From assembly GCA_946646575.1 (NCBI GenBank), contig CAMPCR010000002.1:1408-65407 (forward strand): DNA of 64,000 bases. The letters run 5' to 3'. Below are positions 38,143 through 49,609 of the stretch, in pieces. The notes under the pieces are model-generated. The model was not told the origin of the DNA. It made no database searches and worked only from the letters and a program-made list of their open reading frames with translations. The position numbers were made by a program, and so were the translations under genes. Position 1 is the first letter of the stretch. Each line of letters opens with the position of its first letter. The DNA is from an uncultured Verrucomicrobiota bacterium. GTDB taxonomy: Bacteria; Verrucomicrobiota; Verrucomicrobiia; Opitutales; UBA9783.

Positions 38143-40131
38143 TTATTTTATCCCTTTCAGATAGTTGACGTACATGTCGCGTGTTTCTTTTTTGGCGCTG
38201 TCATAGATATTTTGTCCGAAGGCTTTTCTGATCGTCGGATCCATTTCTTGAAATTTTTGTTCCATTTGCCGGAGAACGGTATCCGTATAGTGCTTTGTCA
38301 GCAGGCGTTCTTTTTGCTTCAGATCTGGTACTTGCGAAAGATTCTTTATGAATTTTGAGAATTCCGTTTGTATTTCTTTAAAACTGTTTGCAACGTTACC
38401 TTCTGCTATTTTATCTACCATTATCTTATCGTTAAGCTCTTTAATCAGTTCGTTGCAGTCAACAATTGTGTTATAAGCAACCCTGTTGTTCATCTTTATA
38501 TAATCGATACCTTTCGTGAGTGCCTCCAGTGCTTCTTTCTGCGTTTTGAGAGCTTCCAGTTTCTCCGAAGGCGACGAATCACTTTCGCGTATTTTGAGGA
38601 GGTTATCACTGATTCCCAAAGCCTTTTTGCCTATTATTGCTTCAAAAGACTCTTGGATTTTAGAGAAGAGAGGGTTCATTTTTTCCCGATAACTCAAATT
38701 CAACTTTTGGATATCTTCGTTCAGTTTTATCATGCCCTGTTTGACGCTTTCGAACGTCACACCGTCATTGTCCCCATTTAATTTGCGGATGCTGTCGTCA
38801 AGACGGTTCAGATCTTTGATTGCAGCAAAGTGCTGTTCCATCTGCTCATGAAGAGTTTTTTTCGTATTTAACAGTTTCCGAAGGTGTTCCTTGGTCTCTT
38901 TATCGGGATGATTCTTGATCTGTTCTTGAATTTGTTTCAGGCTAGCTTGGATTTTTTGATTTTCTGTTTGGAAAGTATTCTCGAATTTTTTTCGTTCGGC
39001 GATGGGTGTGTTCGTTGCAAACTTCTCGTTATTTTCCTCCAATTGATGCAAAGCGTTATCGAGAGCGTTAAGTCCATTCGAAACGTTTTCCAGATTAGCG
39101 AAAAAGGTTTTCAAACCTTTCGGCGTTTGACCTTCGAGTTGACATTTTTGTTTTGCCGTTTCTAGAAGGTCCTTGATACTATTGTTCCCATTTGCGATGC
39201 TTTCTTTTATTTTTCTGATTTCCTTCGATTTCTCCAGGATTGCATCGGTGCAGGTTTCATCCAGGCGGGTAGCAAGTTTTTTAGAAACCACCGAACCCAG
39301 GCCACTCTCGCTGACAAAACCATTCCCCTCGTAATATGCTGCAAGAATACCATCTACCGTTTCATCCTTGTTCTTGCTTTTTTGTATGCACTTGGCAATG
39401 CCATTGAACTCGACCATTTTATCAAAATACCCCTTCAACCTCCCCTGCAAGGACTTTTCGATCCCAGAGAGAGCTTCCTCGTCTTTTGAAAATAATTCCA
39501 GTACCTCCAGTATGTGGTCAGTACTACCGTTTCTACCGTCTGTGTCCACTGTGCCCCACCAAGAGTTGAGATTGCTTTTAAGTTCCTTGATTGTTTTTTT
39601 TGTTTGTTCCTTCAGTGTTCCGGATATGGTACACAGATCGCATTTTAATGATTTCAGACGATTGCTGTAACCATACAGACCCTCCAATTGGGTCTGATAG
39701 TCATTAAGTGTTGTGATGCATTGTTGGAATTGGTTGTAATTGTCGGCTTTGAGAGTTTCCTTGTAATCGTCTTTCGTAAAATCATGTATTATAATGTTGT
39801 ACAGTTCCTCGATTTGTGTATTTAAATCCCCTTCGATTTTGGCGACATTCCCTTCGCCGCGGCACAATACGGCGATATTATGACCGATATTATCGAGTAT
39901 TTGTTTAAAACGGCCCAACCCTATTTTCCCTTTGGGGTTGTATGAAAAAATATTCACCGTGCGATGTGTTCGGATGGTAGCAGCCGCAAGACTAAAGGCG
40001 TTTTTAAATGCGTCAAGTTTATTCTTGAAAACGGCAACTTGGTTTTCCTTAACATTACCCGCACTGCCTGTGGTATCCAAATTGCCAATGTCGGACTGAG
40101 ACCCAATCCGCATGCTCATGTCGGTATTCAT
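38143..40131 (-). CDS. Large coiled-coil orphan protein (662 aa), effector-like, lying between gyrB and gyrA
   Basis: AT-rich. The tracked ORF 38143..40554 would overlap the gyrA start, so I set the start at ATG 40131 (MNTDMSMRIGSQSDIGNLDTTGSAGN...). The body is a long K/E/L/N/Q-rich helical sequence. Confidence 0.75.
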   Translation of the reverse strand: MNTDMSMRIGSQSDIGNLDTTGSAGNVKENQVAVFKNKLDAFKNAFSLAAATIRTHRTVNIFSYNPKGKIGLGRFKQILDNIGHNIAVLCRGEGNVAKIEGDLNTQIEELYNIIIHDFTKDDYKETLKADNYNQFQQCITTLNDYQTQLEGLYGYSNRLKSLKCDLCTISGTLKEQTKKTIKELKSNLNSWWGTVDTDGRNGSTDHILEVLELFSKDEEALSGIEKSLQGRLKGYFDKMVEFNGIAKCIQKSKNKDETVDGILAAYYEGNGFVSESGLGSVVSKKLATRLDETCTDAILEKSKEIRKIKESIANGNNSIKDLLETAKQKCQLEGQTPKGLKTFFANLENVSNGLNALDNALHQLEENNEKFATNTPIAERKKFENTFQTENQKIQASLKQIQEQIKNHPDKETKEHLRKLLNTKKTLHEQMEQHFAAIKDLNRLDDSIRKLNGDNDGVTFESVKQGMIKLNEDIQKLNLSYREKMNPLFSKIQESFEAIIGKKALGISDNLLKIRESDSSPSEKLEALKTQKEALEALTKGIDYIKMNNRVAYNTIVDCNELIKELNDKIMVDKIAEGNVANSFKEIQTEFSKFIKNLSQVPDLKQKERLLTKHYTDTVLRQMEQKFQEMDPTIRKAFGQNIYDSAKKETRDMYVNYLKGIK

Positions 40132-40359
40132 ATGCTTTTCCCTGTTTCTTTGTGGTGCTCTTTGTGATACATATCGTCCGAAATTCAAAATTTTTTGCAA
40201 AAAAACACAAAAATGTTCAAAAATTTGGGTCATTGCCGTGTGTTTTTGCTCCAAGATGCTTTTTTCGGGCGTGGCAAAGTTTAAACATCGGAGGTACAAT
40301 ACATCGCGGCGGTCGGGTCTCGACTTTTGAAGATTTTTCCCTAATACTGAACTAAAAAC

Positions 40360-44074
<3,715 letters not shown>

Positions 44075-44167
44075 AAAGGTTTTAGACGATTTACGGAAGT
44101 GTTGTTCGATAGCATCGTGTACCGAAAAGGCATTGCGGTATTCCCGTAAAATGCTTACAATAAAACC

Positions 44168-45187
44168 ATGTCCGACACGCATCAGTCCTTACTCTTTTTC
44201 AGTGCTCAGCCGTATGACGAGCAATTTTTTAAGTGCGTGAACGAAGCGCAAAACTTCGGGTTCGATTTAAAATTTCTCAATGCTCCACTGAACGAACAGA
44301 CGGCGTCTTTGGCGAAGGGTTATGAAAGTATTTGCGTGTTTGTCAATGATACGGTGAATGCGACGGTGATTGAACAACTGTACGAAGGCGGAACGCGGCT
44401 GGTGGCGTTGCGTTGCGCAGGGTTCAATAACGTCGATTTAAAGGCAGCAAGGGATAAACTGCATGTCGTGCGGGTGCAGGCGTATTCGCCGCATGCGATT
44501 GCCGAATACGCGCTTGGTCTGATGCTGACCGTCAACAGAGGTTTTTGCAGAGCTTACAACCGTACCCGCGGCGCCAATTTCTCCCTGAACGGTCTGCTTG
44601 GCTTTGACATGCACGGCAAAACCGTCGGCATCGTCGGAACGGGAAAAATCGCGCGCGTCCTCATCAAATTGTTGCAGGGGTTTGAGATGAAGCTTTTGGC
44701 GTATGACATTTATCCCGACGAAGCGTTTGCCAAACAATACAACGTGCAATATACGGATTTGCAAACGCTTTACCGTCAATCGGACATTATCACACTCCAT
44801 TGCCCGCTGACGAAGGACAATGTTCACATGATCGATCGCAAAGCCGTCGACGAAATGAAGAAAGGCGTGATTTTAATCAATACCGGGCGCGGTGCGCTCA
44901 TTGACGCCAAAGCACTCATTTACGGATTAAAGAAGCGCATCATCGGTGCAGCGGCACTGGATGTGTACGAAAACGAAAGTTCTTACTTTTACCGCGACCA
45001 CAGCGACGACATCATGGAAGACGGCGTTTTGGCGCGCCTGATGACGTTCCCGAACGTTTTCGTCAGTTCGCATCAGGCATTTTTTACAAAAGAAGCTCTC
45101 ACCAATATCGCGCAAACGACGTTGGAGAACGTTCAGGCATACTTCAACCGCGAACCGTTGGTCAATGAAGTGAAGGAACAGGCATGA
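44168..45187 (+). CDS. ldhA: D-lactate dehydrogenase (D-isomer-specific 2-hydroxyacid dehydrogenase)
   Basis: Collinear with E. coli LdhA as I recall it: ALRCAGFNNVDL, GIVGTGKIARVL, LHCPLT, NTGRGALID and HQAFFTKEAL. Confidence 0.88.
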   Translation: MSDTHQSLLFFSAQPYDEQFFKCVNEAQNFGFDLKFLNAPLNEQTASLAKGYESICVFVNDTVNATVIEQLYEGGTRLVALRCAGFNNVDLKAARDKLHVVRVQAYSPHAIAEYALGLMLTVNRGFCRAYNRTRGANFSLNGLLGFDMHGKTVGIVGTGKIARVLIKLLQGFEMKLLAYDIYPDEAFAKQYNVQYTDLQTLYRQSDIITLHCPLTKDNVHMIDRKAVDEMKKGVILINTGRGALIDAKALIYGLKKRIIGAAALDVYENESSYFYRDHSDDIMEDGVLARLMTFPNVFVSSHQAFFTKEALTNIAQTTLENVQAYFNREPLVNEVKEQA

Positions 45188-45320
45188 AACGGGCGCGACG
45201 GAAACGGATACGGTTTAGGTCGAAAACGCATTTCGATTGCATGAATCTTATCGTCTTTTTGATGAAAAAAGCTTGCCTGATGGTTTGGAGGTTATTTAGC
45301 ATGGGACTGTTTCTATTTGT

Positions 45321-45407
45321 GCCCGGATGGCGGAATCGGCAGACGCGTCAGACTCAAAATCTGATTCCTGCAAGGGAGTGAGGGTTCGACCCCCTCTCCG
45401 GGTACCA
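45321..45407 (+). tRNA. tRNA-Leu (anticodon CAA)
   Basis: Acceptor stem GCCCGGA/TCCGGGT. Anticodon arm TCAGA-CTCAAAA-TCTGA. Long variable arm TTCCTGCAAGGGAGT. T arm GAGGG-TTCGACC-CCCTC. Discriminator A and an encoded CCA. Confidence 0.9.
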
Positions 45408-45565
45408 GGGGGGCGGGTTGTGATCCTTGGTTGGTTTTAAAATTTGGTGACCGGGCGGGTGCTCATTCCGATGAACGGTAGTTTGTGGGTGCGGTTTTTT
45501 TGTTGAATGCTGTTCGATACCCGTTGGCGCTTGGTTTTTCGGAGTAAGAACGGTTTGTATTTTAA

Positions 45566-46912
45566 TCAAAACTTGTTGAGAGTTTCATTCCGTTGATCCA
45601 ATTGTTCTTGGATCTTTGAGTTGTGTGTAATACCTCTGTTACCGCTCGCATCCGTTTGAAACTTGTTCGTTGTATTCCAGTTGTTTTTTGATGCGTCAAA
45701 AGGCTTTTTCGGCATGTCTTGGTTGTTGTTGTCGACCGTTTTGCTGTATGCCTTTTTTCTCTCCCATACGGACGGTTTCTGCTCTTCTTCCGTTTTTTCG
45801 GTTTCTTTGAAAGTAATTCGTTTTCTTTTTCCGATTTTTTGAACGGACGGCTTTCCCGGTTTCGAGGGGGATGGGTTCGGGGGTGTTTCCTCTTCCGGAA
45901 TCGGATCCAATGAAGGAGGTTTGTGAGCAACGGTACTTCTCTTTTGATCGAATTGAGACGGCGCCGTGTTGCCTTGCCCCTTTGGTTGTTGAGGCACTTT
46001 TTTGGCTTTTCCGTGCCCTGGCGGTTCAAGGTTCGGCGACGGAGAAGCATCCGTTTTCGGGTTGCGTTTTATATCGGGTTCCTTCGCAACTTTTTCGAAG
46101 GTACTCTTAAAAGCTGACCGAATGGTTTCAAACGACGCTTGCCGTTCCCCGTGAGCCGGCGGTTGCGGAATGTTCGTTGCATTTTGCGGTTGCATACCGA
46201 CGGGTTTCTCCGCGATCGTTGGCGCGGAAGCATCCGGATCGGGAACGTTGCGGATGTTCGGAATATCCGTTGCCCCTGCGCGGGATAGAAGTTTCATGAT
46301 TTCCAGCGACAGTTGATGCGTTTCCGTTGCAAGCTTTGCCAAATTCTTTGCTGCTTGCATCAGGTGTAATCGACAACCGACATCTGTGGTTTTCTTAAGT
46401 TTGGCTTGCAGTTCGTCAATACGTGTTTCGCACATATCGATGACTTCTCCGTTTTCGGCAATCTTATTTTTGAGTATCAGTGTTTCCGTTGTTCCCAATC
46501 GCTTTCCGTTTTCTTTCAGGTGAGATTGCAAGACTTGTAATTGCGCTTCCGTTTCCGCATGTTCGACCTTGAAGCAATGCAACAGCCTTTCCGTTTCCAA
46601 TTTAATCGCTTTGGCGTTTTTGCGGGCGGCTTGAATTTCCGGCGAATCGCAAAGGTTCAGGAGAGATCCGATCCTTTGGAAAAATTTTGCGCATTTATCC
46701 AGGAAGCGGTCGAGTCGGGATTCAACGGAGCGATTTTTTACGCCGGCGGTTGCGTCCGACAGCAGCGTACCGACGCTGTCCGTTCCGCTTTTACCCATCG
46801 CTCCGAGCTTGGTGCACGGTTGTTCGGAACCGGAAATTTTGTTGGTATTTTGCGTTTGTTCAATGCCTGCGGACGACGGATCGACGGTCGTAAGTTGAAG
46901 TTCAAGGGGCAT
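45566..46912 (-). CDS. Hypothetical protein (448 aa): disordered N-terminus, helical middle, Pro/Lys-rich tail
   Basis: The N-terminus MPLELQLTTVDPSSAGIEQTQNTNKISGSEQ is S/T/N/Q-rich. The helical segment is ...LETERLLHCFKVEHAETEAQLQVLQSHLKENGKRLG.... The C-terminal ~200 aa are P/K/T/N-rich and low in complexity. Confidence 0.7.
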   Translation of the reverse strand: MPLELQLTTVDPSSAGIEQTQNTNKISGSEQPCTKLGAMGKSGTDSVGTLLSDATAGVKNRSVESRLDRFLDKCAKFFQRIGSLLNLCDSPEIQAARKNAKAIKLETERLLHCFKVEHAETEAQLQVLQSHLKENGKRLGTTETLILKNKIAENGEVIDMCETRIDELQAKLKKTTDVGCRLHLMQAAKNLAKLATETHQLSLEIMKLLSRAGATDIPNIRNVPDPDASAPTIAEKPVGMQPQNATNIPQPPAHGERQASFETIRSAFKSTFEKVAKEPDIKRNPKTDASPSPNLEPPGHGKAKKVPQQPKGQGNTAPSQFDQKRSTVAHKPPSLDPIPEEETPPNPSPSKPGKPSVQKIGKRKRITFKETEKTEEEQKPSVWERKKAYSKTVDNNNQDMPKKPFDASKNNWNTTNKFQTDASGNRGITHNSKIQEQLDQRNETLNKF

Positions 46913-46931
46913 GGCGGATGATTAGACTTTC

Positions 46932-46953
46932 GCGCCGCCCATAGTGGCGGCGC
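46932..46953 (-). promoter_or_regulatory. Perfect 8-bp GC hairpin, 19 nt upstream of the 45566..46912 start codon
   Basis: gcgccgcc-catagt-ggcggcgc was read directly. No U-run follows on either strand, so it is not a canonical terminator. Confidence 0.3.
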
Positions 46954-47073
46954 ATCAGTTTAAAATGAAAGTCTTTTGGTTAAGGGGTTGGCGACCATGG
47001 CGGAAGGCGTTGGGCAGGTAAGAATTTAAATTGCTTTTTGGGTTACGAACCAAGGAAGTTATTTATTTCAATT

Positions 47074-47892
47074 TTACGTTTTGTTCCCGAAGTTTTCTAC
47101 CTTTTCCCCCAAACTTTTTATTCCCTTCCCGATCGATTGGATCCATTGCTTGGTGTTTTCGCTAATCTTGTTGGATGCTCCTTCTATTTTTTGCAAGGCG
47201 CTTTTGAAGATGGCTTCCATGTCTCCTTTTATTTCGTCCACATTTAATTTCATTTTTTGCGGCGTTGAGATAGGAAGACGGTCGATGATCTCGTTAATAT
47301 AAATTACGCCTGCCGCCAGTACTTCTTTGCCCATTTTTCCGCGATTATACGTATCCAGTTCTTCCATAATATCGCTCCTCAGCTTAGAAAGATTTTGCGC
47401 CATCTTGTCACAATATGTTTGTGCATTTTCAGGTATTTTTTTTAAACTCTCGCTTACGCTCGAGGTTGTAAGGTCGTACAGTAACTGCTCCAGCGGTACC
47501 GTGATATCGAAAGCCGGTGCCGAAGTTGAGTACATGGCAACTCTGAAATTGTGACAAATATCCGCAATCTTTTGCCCTAGTGTCCTGAAAAAATCTCCGA
47601 AACTTGAAGTCTTGATCTCTGTTGGTTTCTTGTAGTTTAAATTTCGCAACGTAGAAAGCGCATTTTGCGAACTTCGATATTTCAGATCTTTTTTGAAGTT
47701 CGTGAAAGTTTCCTCAACGGAATACTTTCCATCGTTACCGACGAGCTCGTCTAAGCCTTTTAATGATTTTGTTGGTTCTGCTATGATTCTGCTGATGCTG
47801 TTGTTGTTCTCGATGGACATGATGTTTTTTGTTACCTGACTTATCCGAATATCATCTCTCAAACGGAACCGTTCCGTTATCTGCCGTGACAT
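47074..47892 (-). CDS. Hypothetical helical protein (272 aa, or 248 aa from ATG 47820), effector-like
   Basis: AT-rich. Alternative start MSIENNNSISRIIAEPTKSLKG. It carries the FGDFFRTLGQKIADICHNFRVAM motif shared with the two large coiled-coil proteins. Confidence 0.65.
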   Translation of the reverse strand: MSRQITERFRLRDDIRISQVTKNIMSIENNNSISRIIAEPTKSLKGLDELVGNDGKYSVEETFTNFKKDLKYRSSQNALSTLRNLNYKKPTEIKTSSFGDFFRTLGQKIADICHNFRVAMYSTSAPAFDITVPLEQLLYDLTTSSVSESLKKIPENAQTYCDKMAQNLSKLRSDIMEELDTYNRGKMGKEVLAAGVIYINEIIDRLPISTPQKMKLNVDEIKGDMEAIFKSALQKIEGASNKISENTKQWIQSIGKGIKSLGEKVENFGNKT

Positions 47893-48032
47893 TCGACGTT
47901 ACTTCGTATATCGGTCGGATTTAAAAATTTTATCAAAAAATTTAATTATTTTTTTTGCGCCAAAAACAAGCGATGTTTTTCATGAAAATCATTGCGGCGG
48001 CGGTGTGCTTTTGTTTCTCTGAGAGTAAGACG

Positions 48033-48533
48033 ATGGCGAAGATTGATTTGGAGGTCGTAAAGCGCATTTTGAAGCGCGCGGATTTGGAAAGCTCCGTCAT
48101 GAGCGAGATTTTGGGCGAGCTGCAATCGGCGGTGGCGGATGCGGCATCGGAAGCTGATGGGCCGAAGGTTGCCCCCGAAAAGAAGCAATTTATTATCGTC
48201 GTCGCCGACAACGAGGGTTTATTGACGGACAAAGAAATGGTCGGTTGGGTGTTGCAGTTGCCGGAGGAAGACGACATGACGTCAGTGTCGGAAAAGTTAC
48301 TCAAAACCGCCAAGTCATTTAATTTAAGCAAAAAAGGGCGAAAGCATCCGGTGGAGACGCTCGGCGAGCTTTGTGAATACGTGCCGGCGCGCATTTTTAA
48401 AGAGCAAAAGTTGTCGTTAAAGACGAAAGTCCCTGTTTTGGTTGTGCCGATGGCGAACGCGTTGGAATTGGATACAACGCCGCAACCGTCGTCTCGGAAA
48501 GCTTTCAAGGATGATGATGCGGAGGTGTTTTGA
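48033..48533 (+). CDS. Hypothetical acidic protein (166 aa)
   Basis: MAKIDLEVVKRILKRADLESS... follows a GAGAG Shine-Dalgarno-like element 8 nt upstream. The tracked ORF begins at 47955. It is divergent from 47074..47892. I recognised no family. Confidence 0.55.
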   Translation: MAKIDLEVVKRILKRADLESSVMSEILGELQSAVADAASEADGPKVAPEKKQFIIVVADNEGLLTDKEMVGWVLQLPEEDDMTSVSEKLLKTAKSFNLSKKGRKHPVETLGELCEYVPARIFKEQKLSLKTKVPVLVVPMANALELDTTPQPSSRKAFKDDDAEVF

Positions 48534-48575
48534 GAAGACCTGCCTTTGAGATTGATTTTTTAAAACATAAACATC

Positions 48576-49334
48576 ATGGAAGAAGTAAAGTGCGAAAAAA
48601 ACAAAACCTGCGGTTGCGGCGACAACTGCGAGTGTAATTGTTGCGACTGCGGCTGTTGCTGCGAGATGAATGCGCCGACGTCGCTGGTCGGTCGGAAAGC
48701 GCCGTGTTTTACGGCTCCCGCCGTGTTGGAAGGGACGGAGATTGTTGAGAATTTCTCCCTGTCGAAGTACCTGGGGCGGAAGTACGTTGTACTCTTTTTC
48801 TACCCGAAAGATTTTACCTTTGTTTGTCCGACCGAACTGCACGCGTTCCAGGATGCCCTGCCGGAGTTCGACAAACGCAACACACACGTGGTTGCCTGTT
48901 CGACCGATACCGTCGAAAGTCACTATGCGTGGCTGCAACAGCCGAAAGCGCAGGGCGGCGTGAAGGGTATTGTTTTCCCGATGGTTTCGGACACCAATAA
49001 AACCATCGCGGCGCGTTACGGCGTGCTCTCGGGAACGTATTACATCGAAGACGGAGCATTGAAGACCTGTCATTTCGACGCCGACGGCGAGTGTCAAGAA
49101 GGCGGTACGTTGGTGGCGTATCGCGGGCTGTTTTTGATCGATAAAAAGGGTATCGTCCAACACCAGGTGGTCAACAATATGCCCCTGGGGCGTTCGGTAC
49201 AGGAGACGTTGCGCATGATCGACGCCCTGCAACATTTCGAGCAGTACGGCGAGGTTTGTCCGATCGATTGGCACAAGGGCAGTGCCGGCATGAAGCCCGA
49301 TGCAGACGGTTTGAAGGGATACTTTTCGAAGTAA
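48576..49334 (+). CDS. ahpC: Typical 2-Cys peroxiredoxin (AhpC/TSA family) with a possible 30-residue Cys-rich N-terminal extension
   Basis: Contains FYPKDFTFVCPTE (peroxidatic Cys) and GEVCPIDW (resolving Cys). In the extension MEEVKCEKNKTCGCGDNCECNCCDCGCCCE, 11 of residues 6-29 are Cys. An alternative canonical start is M31 at 48666. Confidence 0.85.
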   Translation: MEEVKCEKNKTCGCGDNCECNCCDCGCCCEMNAPTSLVGRKAPCFTAPAVLEGTEIVENFSLSKYLGRKYVVLFFYPKDFTFVCPTELHAFQDALPEFDKRNTHVVACSTDTVESHYAWLQQPKAQGGVKGIVFPMVSDTNKTIAARYGVLSGTYYIEDGALKTCHFDADGECQEGGTLVAYRGLFLIDKKGIVQHQVVNNMPLGRSVQETLRMIDALQHFEQYGEVCPIDWHKGSAGMKPDADGLKGYFSK

Positions 49335-49349
49335 GCCTCGTTGCGAAGG

Positions 49350-49394
49350 TCGTCGAAGGGCATTGATAAGATAATGCGCTTCGACGATTTATTT
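49350..49394 (+). terminator. Possible intrinsic terminator after the peroxiredoxin gene
   Basis: Perfect 9-bp stem tcgtcgaag / cttcgacga (49350-49358 and 49379-49387) followed by tttattt. The 20-nt loop is long for a terminator. Confidence 0.4.
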
Positions 49395-49609
49395 AGGCAG
49401 GTGGGTAGTGTTTTTGTCGTTTTGCCTCGTATTGTACGGGTGATGGTTGGAGTGTGCGCCTCCGCTCGTTTGTGTAACCTGGCCGCGGGTGATTGTTGGT
49501 GTATTGTAGCGAAGCGGGTTCGTTAAAAAAACGGCGCGGTTTTATGAATTGCACGGGGCTTTTTTACGTTTGAACACAGCCGTGTGGGATGAGAAAGTAA
49601 AATCATCTC

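Noticed and set aside
45184-45381. A 65-aa ORF overlapping tRNA-Leu, and similarly ORFs 55612..55884, 55736..56068 and 55881..56063 overlapping tRNA-Arg and tRNA-CAT.
   Set aside because: The tRNA cloverleaves explain these sequences. The ORFs are short and have no support.
45562-46050. A 162-aa K/R-rich alternative-frame ORF inside 45566..46912.
   Set aside because: It is a same-strand shadow of the P/K-rich tail region. The longer frame has a plausible start and a continuous protein architecture.
47942-49274. Minus-strand ORFs 47942..48508 (188 aa) and 48417..49274 (285 aa).
   Set aside because: They are antisense to the acidic hypothetical protein and to the clearly recognisable peroxiredoxin. 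They are shadow ORFs typical of GC-rich coding DNA.
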